A stretch of DNA of 64,000 nt from Chitinophagales bacterium (GCA_038326325.1 JBBQJW010000016.1:4264-68263), one strand, 5' to 3'; counted from the stretch's first letter, positions 8,827-18,755 are shown. The notes: generated by a model not told the origin, from the sequence alone. Translations and numbers: made by a program.

Positions 8827-9922
8827 GTTTAAGTGCGTTGTTTCTGTTACTGAAATTTTCTTCGAGAATACTTATTCTTCTATCGGCTTCTTCTTGTGTG
8901 AATTCATTTTCCATGAGATGATGAATCGTATCAACCATTTCTTCAGAGTGTTCTTTAATAAGACATAGATCTTCCAATCCGCTTTCTTCAACCATCATTT
9001 TATTTACGAGCACATATCTCCCCCTAAAAAGTGCATTAAGCAATTTCAGCTTTGTTCCTGTTTGCTGAAAAGTTGGCAACACATTCACTTGTGCATTCGC
9101 AAGCAACTCATTCAACTTTGCTTCAGTCGGATTTTCTACCAATTGAATATGGGAATATGGAGCTATCAGTTTTTTAAGTGTAACAGATGGTTGAGCTCCT
9201 GCTATAACACATGGATAATTTACTTTACTAAAGACTTTACTAATCAACCAAGCAGCAGCTTGTATGTTTTCGCTGATTGATAAATTACCATGATATAGAA
9301 TGAATTCACCTCTCCCCTTTTTGCTTATGCAAATTTCATTCGGATGAAATGCGGGAAGAAAAGTTGTCTGATTGTATTTCGCAGCAAGTGTTTTAAAATC
9401 TAAATGAGAAATCGGAAGAATGTGATTTGCCTTCTTCAAAATCTTTTCATAAAATTTCAGCTTTACCGATTCAGTATAAAAATAAAAACGGCGCAACATG
9501 TTTTGTTCTGATTGGCCGAGTCCGCGATAATAATCCGCTTCAACATTATGCATACGCACCAACTTGTTTCGCTTTTCTAAAGTCGGAGCATCAAGATGGT
9601 AGCAAGTGTGAAGTCCTTCAAATAAAATCGGCGCATCTCTTTCTTCAAGATTTTTAAGTAACGATTTTGCTCTGCGTGTTTTTACAATATATGGCTTGAA
9701 ACTACTGAAGTCGCGGAAGCTGTGCTCACGGTGATAATAATTTACGCTCTCGCATAAGAGATTTAACTGCTCAGCAGGTTTGCGTCCGTATTCGTAACAG
9801 TGCAAATGAATTTTTATTCCTGCTTCCTTCAGTGCTTTGATTTTGTAATACACATCAATCACGCCCCCATAATCTGGAGGATAAGGAACATTGAAGGAGA
9901 TAATGTGGAGTTGGTTGGTCAA
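8795..9922 (-). CDS. Glycosyltransferase (GT-B fold, GT4-like).
   Basis: 375-aa ORF. The N-terminus HIISFNVPYPPDYGGVIDVYYKIKAL and overall layout match Bacteroidota GT-B mannosyltransferase-like proteins. The 3' end overlaps the ftsE 3' end convergently by 32 bp. Confidence 0.75.
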   Translation of the reverse strand: MTNQLHIISFNVPYPPDYGGVIDVYYKIKALKEAGIKIHLHCYEYGRKPAEQLNLLCESVNYYHREHSFRDFSSFKPYIVKTRRAKSLLKNLEERDAPILFEGLHTCYHLDAPTLEKRNKLVRMHNVEADYYRGLGQSEQNMLRRFYFYTESVKLKFYEKILKKANHILPISHLDFKTLAAKYNQTTFLPAFHPNEICISKKGRGEFILYHGNLSISENIQAAAWLISKVFSKVNYPCVIAGAQPSVTLKKLIAPYSHIQLVENPTEAKLNELLANAQVNVLPTFQQTGTKLKLLNALFRGRYVLVNKMMVEESGLEDLCLIKEHSEEMVDTIHHLMENEFTQEEADRRISILEENFSNRNNALKLIQLLEQPAQ

Positions 9923-11010
9923 TGAATCTCTTTAAACAATTTCAACAATTTCTCTTTTTCCTTTTCCCAGTTCCATTCTTCCCGCGCCTTCAAACAATTT
10001 TGTTTAAAACGCATGTAAAGTTGTTCATTATTCAGAAGATTATTAAGTGAATTTGAAATTTTTTCTACCTGAAGGTTTTCTAATAACATTGAAACTTCAA
10101 ATTCTTTATTCAGGTTTTCATACTCGGGAAATTTCATGTTGAGCGAAGGAATTCCCGCTTCGGTATAATCGAAAAATTTATTTGCCAGTGAGTGATAATA
10201 ATTTTTGCTTCGTGCCTCGAGCAAATTAATTCCGATGTAAGAATCTCGAGTGAGTTGCTTCAACTCCGTTGGAGAAATGAAACCTTTGAACATTACTTTA
10301 CTTTCCAATTTTAATTCGCTTACTAAGGTTCTTAATTGTTCTGATAAATCTCCCTCTCCTGCTAAAAACAAGTTTGCGTTTACAGTTTGTATTGCCTTAA
10401 TTAAAAATTCTAAACCTCTTCCTTCATTCAATGTTCCCTGATACAGAATTATTTTTTCCTTCTTTTCCTGTTCAAGCAATTCTGTTTTGATTGGAACATT
10501 TCTTACGACGGAAAAATCGTTTCCATATTTTGTTTTGAAATAATCAGCCAATCCTTGTGAAACACAAATTCCTTTTTGAATTCGTTTCGTTGCATACTTC
10601 TCAACTCTTAACCATAAATTTTTTATAGCTGGTCTTCGTTCCACTTCAGGAGTTTCTGCAAAGAGTTCGTGAGCATCATAAATGCACAGTTTGTTTTTCA
10701 ATTTTGAAATCCATAAACACGGAACAATTGTATCAAGGTCAACTCCGTAAACAACATCAAATCGCTTTGTAAGAAGGAAAAAAAATAATCGCAGATTGTA
10801 TTCGATGTAGAATAATTTTCCTTTTTCGAACAACAATTTCATTCTGTGTTGTTTGAAATTTTGTTGGTGTAACCATTTTGAATTTTTCTTTTCTCTTCCA
10901 ACCAATAACACATCGTAACCTGTATCGCGCATAGTTGAGCAAATCCGAATCATGCGCTGATCATAATTCAAATCGTTGGTGACAGTAAAAATGATTCGCT
11001 TTACTTCCAC
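9919..11010 (-). CDS. Glycosyltransferase family 4/1 protein.
   Basis: 363-aa ORF. It has an N-terminal GT4-like region (IIFTVTNDLNYDQRMIRICSTM) and a C-terminal GT1 core (ILYQGTLNEGRGLEFLIKA...LAGEGD). It overlaps the downstream GT by 4 nt. Confidence 0.8.
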   Translation of the reverse strand: MEVKRIIFTVTNDLNYDQRMIRICSTMRDTGYDVLLVGREKKNSKWLHQQNFKQHRMKLLFEKGKLFYIEYNLRLFFFLLTKRFDVVYGVDLDTIVPCLWISKLKNKLCIYDAHELFAETPEVERRPAIKNLWLRVEKYATKRIQKGICVSQGLADYFKTKYGNDFSVVRNVPIKTELLEQEKKEKIILYQGTLNEGRGLEFLIKAIQTVNANLFLAGEGDLSEQLRTLVSELKLESKVMFKGFISPTELKQLTRDSYIGINLLEARSKNYYHSLANKFFDYTEAGIPSLNMKFPEYENLNKEFEVSMLLENLQVEKISNSLNNLLNNEQLYMRFKQNCLKAREEWNWEKEKEKLLKLFKEIH

Positions 11011-12926
11011 TGAAACTGGTGGCTTTCGTTTTCGGTAATCATATTCTGGTCAATAAGCCAACGCAAAGTGTGTAACAGTTTTTCTTCATTCACGCCATGC
11101 ACTTCTGTCAGCAATTGATTAAAAGGGATTTGTTTTTCACTTAACGAGTTCTTCAGTTGTTCAATTATGTTTTCGAATTCAATATCACTGACCTCCAATT
11201 TATTCCGGCGTAAACACACATCACAAATTCCGCAACGGTTGGTTTCTTCTTCATCAAAATAATTCAACAGTGTTTCATTTCGGCAATGAGCATTATCAGT
11301 CAGGTAGTGTATCGTTGCTTCGATTCGTCGGTGATAATTTTCCTTTCGCTTGTTTAACAATTCAGTATTAAACGCCAACTGCTCGCTTCGTAATCTTGGT
11401 TGCAGAAAAAATAATTGCGGATTTTCATTTCGCTCTTCGTACTGTAACAGATTATTCTGCTGAAAAATCCGGAGTTGTCTTATGATTTCAATGTAAGTGG
11501 TGTTCAATGCCTTCGCTAATTCTTCTTCGCGTATCTGCGAAAAATAATCGAACACTCCACCATACGAACGCATGATTGCTTTGAGTAACACTTCATGTTC
11601 AGGATGCATCACTTCGTAGCGATATAAATTTTCTTTATCAACCGTCATCATCAATCGCGAAGGCAGATAAATAGATTCTGAAAATGATAAATACCCTTCC
11701 TGCTCTAATAATTTCAGAGAATTCAAAGTGCGAATAGCGTTCAACTTATATGTTTTCAGAAATTCATTCAAATTGAAATTGAAACTCTCACCTTGCCCCG
11801 CTCCTTCTGCAATGCGACAGAAATTTCCGACCGAATCATAAACTGTTTTCACTTCTTCCAAATCAGGAAAGCGATCGGCTTCGCGTGTATGCAATTCTGT
11901 TATATCAGCGTTGTTGTATAAAATAACTGCAAAAGATTTTTTTTCATCACGACCTGCACGACCTGCTTCCTGAAAATAACTTTCTAAATTATCTGGTGTA
12001 TCCCAATGCACAACTAATCGCACATCCGGTTTATCTATTCCCATTCCGAAAGCATTGGTGCAAACAATCACACGCACTTTATTCTGAATCCAGTCTTCCT
12101 GTTTTTGCGAGCGCTCACCAAAAGATAGCCCTGCGTGATATTCTGTTGCACTCACTTTATTCTGTTGCAGAAATCGCGCAATCTCTTTTGTTCTTCTGCG
12201 ATTGCGCACATACACAATTGCAGTTCCTTCCTTCTTCGCAAGCATTTTCAAAATGCGGCCGAATTTATCTTCTTCAAATAAAACTGAATACGATAAATTT
12301 TTTCGCTCGAAACTTCTTCGCACAACATGATGCTGTTTGAATTGAAGTTTCTCCATGATATCAGTACAAACATTTTTTGTTGCAGAAGCAGTGAGCGCAA
12401 GCAGCGGGATATTTTTTAACTCTTCGCGCAATTCAGCAATGCGTAAATACGGGGGCCGAAAATCATAACCCCACTGCGAAATACAATGTGCTTCATCAAC
12501 TGCCAGCAAATTGATTTTCATTTGCGGAAGGCGCGCGCGAAAAATATCAGTGGTTAATCTTTCAGGTGAGAGATATAAAAATTTATAATGCCCTTCAACA
12601 CATTTATCCAATGTTAAATCAACTTCGCGATAACTCATACCGGAGTGAATTGCAACAGCAGAAATTTTTCGTGAGCGAAGATTACTCACTTGATCTTTCA
12701 TCAACGCAATTAATGGAGAAACCACGAGGCACATTCCGTTCATGTACATTGCAGGAATCTGAAAACAAAGTGATTTGCCTCCCCCGGTTGGCATAAGCGC
12801 CACTGTATCCTGCTGATTCAATACTGAAAGAATTACTTCTTCCTGAAAAGGCCGGAAGTGTTCGTACCCCCAATATTTTTTCAGCAGTGATTTTAATTCT
12901 TCTGACTTTGATTCGTCATGCAACAT
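11001..12926 (-). CDS. recQ: RecQ-family ATP-dependent DNA helicase.
   Basis: Motif I is PTGGGKSLCFQIPA and the DEAH box is DEAHCISQWGYDFRPPY. Motif VI is QEAGRAGRD. A zinc-binding region CRNETLLNYFDEE...CGICDVC is present. Confidence 0.9.
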   Translation of the reverse strand: MLHDESKSEELKSLLKKYWGYEHFRPFQEEVILSVLNQQDTVALMPTGGGKSLCFQIPAMYMNGMCLVVSPLIALMKDQVSNLRSRKISAVAIHSGMSYREVDLTLDKCVEGHYKFLYLSPERLTTDIFRARLPQMKINLLAVDEAHCISQWGYDFRPPYLRIAELREELKNIPLLALTASATKNVCTDIMEKLQFKQHHVVRRSFERKNLSYSVLFEEDKFGRILKMLAKKEGTAIVYVRNRRRTKEIARFLQQNKVSATEYHAGLSFGERSQKQEDWIQNKVRVIVCTNAFGMGIDKPDVRLVVHWDTPDNLESYFQEAGRAGRDEKKSFAVILYNNADITELHTREADRFPDLEEVKTVYDSVGNFCRIAEGAGQGESFNFNLNEFLKTYKLNAIRTLNSLKLLEQEGYLSFSESIYLPSRLMMTVDKENLYRYEVMHPEHEVLLKAIMRSYGGVFDYFSQIREEELAKALNTTYIEIIRQLRIFQQNNLLQYEERNENPQLFFLQPRLRSEQLAFNTELLNKRKENYHRRIEATIHYLTDNAHCRNETLLNYFDEEETNRCGICDVCLRRNKLEVSDIEFENIIEQLKNSLSEKQIPFNQLLTEVHGVNEEKLLHTLRWLIDQNMITENESHQFQWK

Positions 12927-13050
12927 TGTTTAAAAATAATATTTACGACGACATATTCAGTTTGCAATTGGCAATTTGCAGTTGGCAGTTTTTGTTCCGC
13001 CAATATTTTTTGAAAAATCATTTTTAATTTTTCAACTAATAAAATTTTAA

Positions 13051-13506
13051 CTAAGGCATTATAATTTTTCCTCCGGCAATTTCAACCAACTCAATCTGAA
13101 ATATTAAATCGCGACCTGCAAGCGGATGATTTGCATCCAATACGATTATCTCTGTCTCAATACCAACAATTATTACAGGTACAGGATTTCCCTGCTGATC
13201 TTTCATCTGCAAACTCATCCCAAGTTCAGGAACAAAATCAGGAGGAAAATTCTCTTTCGGAAAGCGAAGAATCATTTCGTCGTGCGCATGACCATAGGCT
13301 TCTATCATCGGAATCTCAACTTTTTTTGATTGACCGATTTCCATATCGATAAGTGCATTATCAAATCCAGGAATTACCTGTCCTTCTCCAACTTTAAATT
13401 CAAGCGGCTCGCGACCGTTTGATGAATCAAAAGTTTCGCCGCTTGTTAATGTGCCGTGATAGTGAACTTTCACTGTATCGCCGCTTTGTACTTTTCTCAT
13501 TTGCAT
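13051..13506 (-). CDS. slyD: FKBP-type peptidyl-prolyl cis-trans isomerase (SlyD/SlpA-like, with an IF insert).
   Basis: GDTVKVHYHGTLTSGETFDSS...LEFKVGEGQVIPGFDNAL and a C-terminal LIFQIELVEI are present. The size is 151 aa. Confidence 0.85.
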   Translation of the reverse strand: MQMRKVQSGDTVKVHYHGTLTSGETFDSSNGREPLEFKVGEGQVIPGFDNALIDMEIGQSKKVEIPMIEAYGHAHDEMILRFPKENFPPDFVPELGMSLQMKDQQGNPVPVIIVGIETEIIVLDANHPLAGRDLIFQIELVEIAGGKIIMP

Positions 13507-13765
13507 AATTATGGGTGGAAAAATAAAATTTAATTTGAGAATATGGAATCACACAGATTCACGCAAATTGTATTAAGGAGCAAAGGAGATTCATAAGAAA
13601 ATTTTAATACAAGAAAACCAATTGTAGAATTTTCGCATTAAAATTTATGATAATTTCAGTTTCTCATTATATAAAGCAAAATGTAAGTTTCAGTATTACA
13701 CTATTTTTAAAAACAACAAAAAAACGAAGTGTAACAGACTAATGGTTCTTGATTTTCATTTTGTG

Positions 13766-16700
13766 TTATTGTTTCACAAACTTCACTACCTGACCTGTTC
13801 TTATATTTCTGGCAAGGTAAAGTCCAGAAGCTGATTCATCAGGCATAGAAAAATAAAAATTATTTCCCAACTGTATGAACTGAGCAAAAATTTCTCTTCC
13901 GAGAATATCTGTAACAATTAAATCTTCAGCATTCACACTTCCTGTTATCTCACACATTGAACATGGATTCGGATACACTGAAAATATTTTATTGACCGAA
14001 AAATTATTTTCATCTTCCAATCGCAAGGCTGTAGTAAATGTCTGAGTAGTGGTCCATCCTAAATTTACAGTGCCGGAAGAGTTGCAATCTGTTCTCATCT
14101 TATATTCATAAACTGTATTTGCAATTAACCCGGTTAAGTTTTTTGTAACAGTTGGTGCAAGAACAGTTTTTGTTGTCCATGCGGTTGTTCCCTGTTTTCT
14201 GTTTTGAATGCGATATTGATATGCACAAACATTTCCAGCCCAACTTACAGTTGAAGATGTTTGAGTTATTCCTGCAACAGAAATATTGGTGGGCTTTGCA
14301 CACGAACATATTGTAGTAAAAGTTTGAATGTATGAATAGGCTGAAGCAATTGTTCCCGCAGTGTTACAGTCAGTTCTTATATGAAATTCATAAGTAGTAA
14401 GTTCAGTTAAACTGACTAATATTTTTGTAAGAATGGGAGCGTTTACTGTTTTTGTTATCCATGCAGTTGCACCCTGGACGCGATATTGAACGCGATACTT
14501 TGCTGCACAATCATTACCAATCCATGAAATGGTTGCGCCTGTTCCTGTAATGCTTCCTGCAGAAATATTTGTTGGTGTTGCACAGGTTGAAACTGATACA
14601 CTTAAAGTTTGAGAAGGAGAAGTGCCGCAAGAATTATTTGCAACAACTGAAATTGTTCCTCCAGTGGTTCCAGTAGTAACTGAAATGGAATTAGTGGTTG
14701 AAGCACCTGACCATCCAGCAGGTAAAGTCCATGTATAAGATGATGCACCGGTAACAGCAGATATACTGTATGTTCCTAAAACACTCATGCAAACAGTATT
14801 TAATCCTGAAATACTTCCGGGTTGCGCAGGTATTCCTCCCGGACAAGTCAGGACTGTAACGGTCACATCTTTTGTTGTCATGTGCAGATCATCGAAGGCG
14901 CGCAAAGTAAAAGTGTAGGAACCCGCTGTTGTTAATCCGCTCACATCTGTTACAGCTAATCCCTGATGATTGAAGATAGGATGTGTACCTGAGGGAACTG
15001 TTTTCACTACCCACCAGTATCGGAGCAAATCGCCATCAGGGTCACTGGTATTGGCCACAATATGAGTTGAACTAACGGGCAATGTCATTGAAGAAGGAGT
15101 TGGTGTAATTACTCCAATCACAGGTGCTGAACTTGCAGGATGAACAGTGCATTTAATAATCGCTGTCAGGTCAGGATGCCCTGGATTTAAAACATTGATT
15201 CGGAAAACATAATCACCCGCAATAGTCATGTTTGTAACAGTAGCACGAAGACTCACATAGATATAAGTTGTCGCACTGAGTGTGATGTTTGCTCCAGCAG
15301 GTTGACTCACTAAACTCCATGTTCCTTGTCCGGTGAAATTACTGTTTGCCAGATCGGAGATACCAGTCTGAACTGTTACACCTGATGTTGGCAATTCAAT
15401 ATTAGCATGAGTTGTATCGGTGGGATCACCAAACACCAGACCATATGGAGTTGCAATCCTGAATCCTGTTTGCCCCAGCACGGGTTGGGGATTGGCTGCA
15501 TACACAACGAGGTAAACTTTTTTAGAAGAAGTATTTGCTCCATCCAGTACATCAATATTGAAAATATATGTTCCAGCAACAGATAATCCGCTTACAGAAG
15601 TCGAAGCAGCATTTTGCGAAGCAAGTGCAATTGAATTTGCACCGGCAGGGTGACTGAATACTGTCCAATGATAAGTAAGAGTATTCGCCTCTGCATCACT
15701 TGCATTTGCTGTTAGTGTTGCGGTTGATGTTGGAAGAACCAGATAACCGGGGCTTGTCGTCCAGGTCATAATATCAGGTGCGTGATTCGGACCCGTGTAA
15801 GGATAAAGTGTTGTTACAGTTCCGCCACCATTTGCTGTAACAGTAAGTGTTCCACCTGCACCAACAGTTTGCAGTCCGGCTTCAGTAAAGAATGTTGCAC
15901 CAGCCGCTGCATACGAAAGCCCGTAAGTTCCCTGCGGTAATCCGGTAAGTGTAACAGTATGAGTTGAAGAAGTATTGTCAATGATTGTTGTTATGGTTCC
16001 TGCTTTTGTAAAAGCTAAAACATGAAGTAGCGTATCATTGGATGTAGTTTGAATTCGTGTTGAGCCGGGTGTTACATAGTGTATCACCTGATGCAAGCGA
16101 ATGAAAGTACCTGAAGGCAAGAAGGTTGTTAGTCCACTGTTGTTCACGAGTGTGTTAGATGAACTGTATGCAACTTCCCAGTAAGAAACACCACCGAGAA
16201 TCATATCACTATAGAGTTCATCGAATGTTGGACTCGCCATTTCAGTTTGCGCAGTAGTAATACCAAGTGTTCCTGCATAGTCGCGGATGTAAGAACGATA
16301 TGGATCAGCAGTTCCGTAATTGTGATACGACAACCGACCAACCCATGGCCACAAGTCAGCATCTGATTGAACAGGAGTAATAAGATTCCAGTCTGTTTGC
16401 GGAGCAACTGCTTCCGCAAATTGTGATTTGGTAATAAGTCCGTGAGAAACCAATCGTGGTCCCAGTGCTTTTATATCATCAGCAAGAATAGTGGAAGTGA
16501 TTAATCCGGATGGCTCATTATAAATAACAGCGTAATTTATGTTGATGCCGTAAGTGTTCTTCATATATAATGCACTCCCCCATATTTGTTGCGCGCGCTC
16601 ACCCGGATTATACATTACCCAGGGTTTCTGATCAGTAGCATGTGTTGGATAACCGGGGCTTGAATAAAAAGATGGCTGATATCCTTTCGCAACAATTTTA

Positions 16701-16852
16701 TTTTTGATATAGACTAAGTAATTTCCCATTGTTACAGGCAAAGTATTCGATTGAAATTTTGCCCAGTTCAAACTGTCACAGTCGCCATTGTCAGTCGCTG
16801 TTCCATCCACGCGCGGACCAACTTCCCATGTTCGTGAACCTGTGAGCCCCAA
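13766..16852 (-). CDS. Large T9SS cargo protein. It has a clan GH-A-like glycoside hydrolase domain, three PKD/Ig-like domains, one PKD-like domain, two Fn3 domains and a CTD. The reading frame is interrupted upstream by one TAG (see the 16913..17074 feature).
   Basis: An NEP motif (VIYNEPSG) and a TEMASP motif fit a (beta/alpha)8 hydrolase. Repeated HPAGAN/QPAGAN/VPSGTH Ig-like units are present. The Fn3 pair and the end FSVYPNPCSMCE...VVKFVKQ resemble the cassette of the first gene. The ORF-track start is a TTG inside the longer frame. Confidence 0.8.
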   Translation of the reverse strand: MGLTGSRTWEVGPRVDGTATDNGDCDSLNWAKFQSNTLPVTMGNYLVYIKNKIVAKGYQPSFYSSPGYPTHATDQKPWVMYNPGERAQQIWGSALYMKNTYGININYAVIYNEPSGLITSTILADDIKALGPRLVSHGLITKSQFAEAVAPQTDWNLITPVQSDADLWPWVGRLSYHNYGTADPYRSYIRDYAGTLGITTAQTEMASPTFDELYSDMILGGVSYWEVAYSSSNTLVNNSGLTTFLPSGTFIRLHQVIHYVTPGSTRIQTTSNDTLLHVLAFTKAGTITTIIDNTSSTHTVTLTGLPQGTYGLSYAAAGATFFTEAGLQTVGAGGTLTVTANGGGTVTTLYPYTGPNHAPDIMTWTTSPGYLVLPTSTATLTANASDAEANTLTYHWTVFSHPAGANSIALASQNAASTSVSGLSVAGTYIFNIDVLDGANTSSKKVYLVVYAANPQPVLGQTGFRIATPYGLVFGDPTDTTHANIELPTSGVTVQTGISDLANSNFTGQGTWSLVSQPAGANITLSATTYIYVSLRATVTNMTIAGDYVFRINVLNPGHPDLTAIIKCTVHPASSAPVIGVITPTPSSMTLPVSSTHIVANTSDPDGDLLRYWWVVKTVPSGTHPIFNHQGLAVTDVSGLTTAGSYTFTLRAFDDLHMTTKDVTVTVLTCPGGIPAQPGSISGLNTVCMSVLGTYSISAVTGASSYTWTLPAGWSGASTTNSISVTTGTTGGTISVVANNSCGTSPSQTLSVSVSTCATPTNISAGSITGTGATISWIGNDCAAKYRVQYRVQGATAWITKTVNAPILTKILVSLTELTTYEFHIRTDCNTAGTIASAYSYIQTFTTICSCAKPTNISVAGITQTSSTVSWAGNVCAYQYRIQNRKQGTTAWTTKTVLAPTVTKNLTGLIANTVYEYKMRTDCNSSGTVNLGWTTTQTFTTALRLEDENNFSVNKIFSVYPNPCSMCEITGSVNAEDLIVTDILGREIFAQFIQLGNNFYFSMPDESASGLYLARNIRTGQVVKFVKQ

Positions 16853-16912
16853 ATCATCAATAAGATAATCGAGATACTGATAATTGACAGGATTTGCGAT
16901 GGAAGAATCCTA

Positions 16913-17074
16913 CATTGAGTAAGCACCCTGAGTGCCGCCAAGAATTCCGCCTCCATGTCCCCATCCGGTAATGGTTTGATATTGTACAGCGGAATTTACT
17001 GAAACATTATCCTGAGCAAAAGTGCATTTAACACCAAGAGTCAGAGAAAAAAGAATGAGCGGCAGTGATTTCAT
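16913..17074 (-). pseudogene. Detached 5' fragment (signal peptide plus first conserved segment) of the 13766..16852 gene, separated from it only by an in-frame TAG at 16910..16912.
   Basis: The ATG at 17074..17072 gives MKSLPLILFSLTLGVKCTFAQDNVSVNSAVQYQTITGWGHGGGILGGTQGAYSM, then TAG. The same frame continues DSSIANPVNYQYLDYLIDDLGLTGSRTWEV into the long ORF. I checked this codon by codon. Confidence 0.7.
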
Positions 17075-17199
17075 TGTCGATTTAAAATTTGTTAATCGTA
17101 AAACTATTTATCTTCTGCTGAATTATGAGCTATTGAATATTTAATTCTTACTGAATCATTTTGATTAAATCCTTTCCAAGAAAAAACAATTGTTAATCT

Positions 17200-18516
17200 T
17201 CACAAAATATTTCTAATCGCTTCGGTTTTCAATAACACTTCCTCCAATTCATTTTGCGCATCAGAATCTATAGTGATTGCGCCACCTGCTGAAAAGGATA
17301 AATACTTTTTTGCTTCGTCATAAAAAATACTTCTGATAACAACATTGAAATCGAAATTATTATCCGGAGAAAAATAGCCGACTGTACCCGAAAATAAACT
17401 GCGCTTTGAATTTTCCAGTTCATCAATCAATTGCATCGCTCTGATTTTGGGTGCGCCAGTCATGCTTCCCATTGGGAAAGCATTTTTAATTGAGTCAGTA
17501 ACTGTCACTTCATTTCTCAATTCCCCACTCACCGTTGAAATCATCTGATGTACGCGCGGATAAGAATAAATTCCGAAGAGTTCTTCAACCGTTACAGTTC
17601 CTGGTTTGCAGCTTCTTGATAAATCATTTCGCACCAAATCAACAATCATTACATTCTCTGCTCTGTCCTTTTCACTTTTGAATAATTGCTCCCTAAGGTT
17701 TTTATCCGTCGATTCATCTTCACTTCTTTTTATAGTTCCTTTAATAGGTTGGGAGACAACTTTATTTCCCTTCTTTGATATAAATCGTTCAGGACTTGCG
17801 CACAACAAAAACTTATTATTGAGTTTATAAAAAGAGGAAAAAGGTGCAGGCGATTTTTCGTTCAACTGAAAATATAACTGTAACGGATTGCACGAATAAT
17901 TCTCACAATAAAACTCCTGACACAGATTCAATTCATAAACATCTCCTTGCCGGATATATTCCTTTACCCTTTCAACTTTTTGCAAATAATCTTTTTCACT
18001 CATTCTGTTTTTTATCTCGGGAGAAGAAGCAGAATATGTTTCAGTAATTTCAATAGAATTTATTTCTTCAAATATTTTCTCTGCTTCCTTTCCAGCGGCA
18101 GAAATTTCAACTGAAGTTCCATTCAACCGAATTAAAATTTCAGGAGAAAAAAAATGGAGTTGAGGGAATTTTATTTGCGCCACATTTTTCGAATGCAGTT
18201 TTTCGATTTCATTTTTCACATCGTAACTGATGAAACCAAATTTCCATCCCTCATTCTCTTCAATAAATTTCTGTAAAGAGGAAAAGCAATTTTCACTTAC
18301 AGAAACTTCCTTTGCTACTCCCGCAGCCAATAAAAATTCTTCCTGGTGATGAAGATGGTTGGTATATTGATTATTGTCGAGGCAGCAAACTACTTTATAC
18401 TGTTGCGCCCATTGAAGTGCTTTCTTTTTAAAAAGAATTATATCTGATATAAAAAAACAAGCGGCAACTCTTACTGTAACAGAATTGCCGCTTGCTTGCA
18501 TTTTATTTTTATTCAC
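17200..18516 (-). CDS. pabB: Aminodeoxychorismate synthase component I (PabB), a chorismate-binding enzyme.
   Basis: The C-terminal chorismate-binding core reads YELNLCQEF, SPERF, GTIKR, ENVMIVDLVRND and FPMGSMTGAPKIRAMQLIDELE. The N-terminal start is uncertain. Confidence 0.8.
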   Translation of the reverse strand: MNKNKMQASGNSVTVRVAACFFISDIILFKKKALQWAQQYKVVCCLDNNQYTNHLHHQEEFLLAAGVAKEVSVSENCFSSLQKFIEENEGWKFGFISYDVKNEIEKLHSKNVAQIKFPQLHFFSPEILIRLNGTSVEISAAGKEAEKIFEEINSIEITETYSASSPEIKNRMSEKDYLQKVERVKEYIRQGDVYELNLCQEFYCENYSCNPLQLYFQLNEKSPAPFSSFYKLNNKFLLCASPERFISKKGNKVVSQPIKGTIKRSEDESTDKNLREQLFKSEKDRAENVMIVDLVRNDLSRSCKPGTVTVEELFGIYSYPRVHQMISTVSGELRNEVTVTDSIKNAFPMGSMTGAPKIRAMQLIDELENSKRSLFSGTVGYFSPDNNFDFNVVIRSIFYDEAKKYLSFSAGGAITIDSDAQNELEEVLLKTEAIRNIL

Positions 18517-18518
18517 AA

Positions 18519-18755
18519 CTACAAATCATCATCGTCATCATCATCGTCATCAGTGAGTTTTGTAAAATCATCATCCAAATCAAAATCTTCCTCTACTTCA
18601 AAGTTTGCGTCATCTAAATCTTCATCATCATCCTGTTTCTTTTTAGTTGCTGGTTTTGATGGAGATGCACCTGATTTCTTTTTAGCGCCTGAAGGTTCTG
18701 CTTTCTTCGGAGTTGCGCTCTTAGCCGAAGATTTGTTGGTAGAAGGTTTTTTCAT
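18519..18755 (-). CDS. Small, probably disordered protein with bipartite charge: a Lys/Ser/Pro-rich N-half and a poly-Asp C-half.
   Basis: From the ATG at 18755 the protein reads MKKPSTNKSSAKSATPKKAEPSGAKKKSGASPSKPATKKKQDDDEDLDDANFEVEEDFDLDDDFTKLTDDDDDDDDDL. It lies between purA and pabB on the same strand. The ORF-track start (18809) adds 18 unlikely residues. Confidence 0.55.
   Translation of the reverse strand: MKKPSTNKSSAKSATPKKAEPSGAKKKSGASPSKPATKKKQDDDEDLDDANFEVEEDFDLDDDFTKLTDDDDDDDDDL

Noticed and set aside
12975-13005. The repeat-like string TTTGCAATTGGCAATTTGCAGTTGGCAGTTTTT lies between recQ and the slyD-like gene.
   Set aside because: It is only two short imperfect GCA(A/G)TTGGCA copies around a CAATTG palindrome. 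The stem potential is weak and I found no recurrence elsewhere.
1171-14585. The Fn3-Fn3-CTD cassettes in opposite orientation might be a large inverted DNA repeat able to invert the intervening 12 kb.
   Set aside because: The similarity is mainly at protein level (about 60%). The DNA stretches I compared differ at many positions, too diverged for efficient homologous recombination.
16910-16912. The in-frame TAG in the glycoside-hydrolase-like gene might indicate a reassigned stop codon or an alternative genetic code.
   Set aside because: TAG terminates clearly complete conserved genes in the same window (clpX at 33118..33120 and the gene ending at 59601). TAA and TGA also act as normal stops, so the standard code fits.
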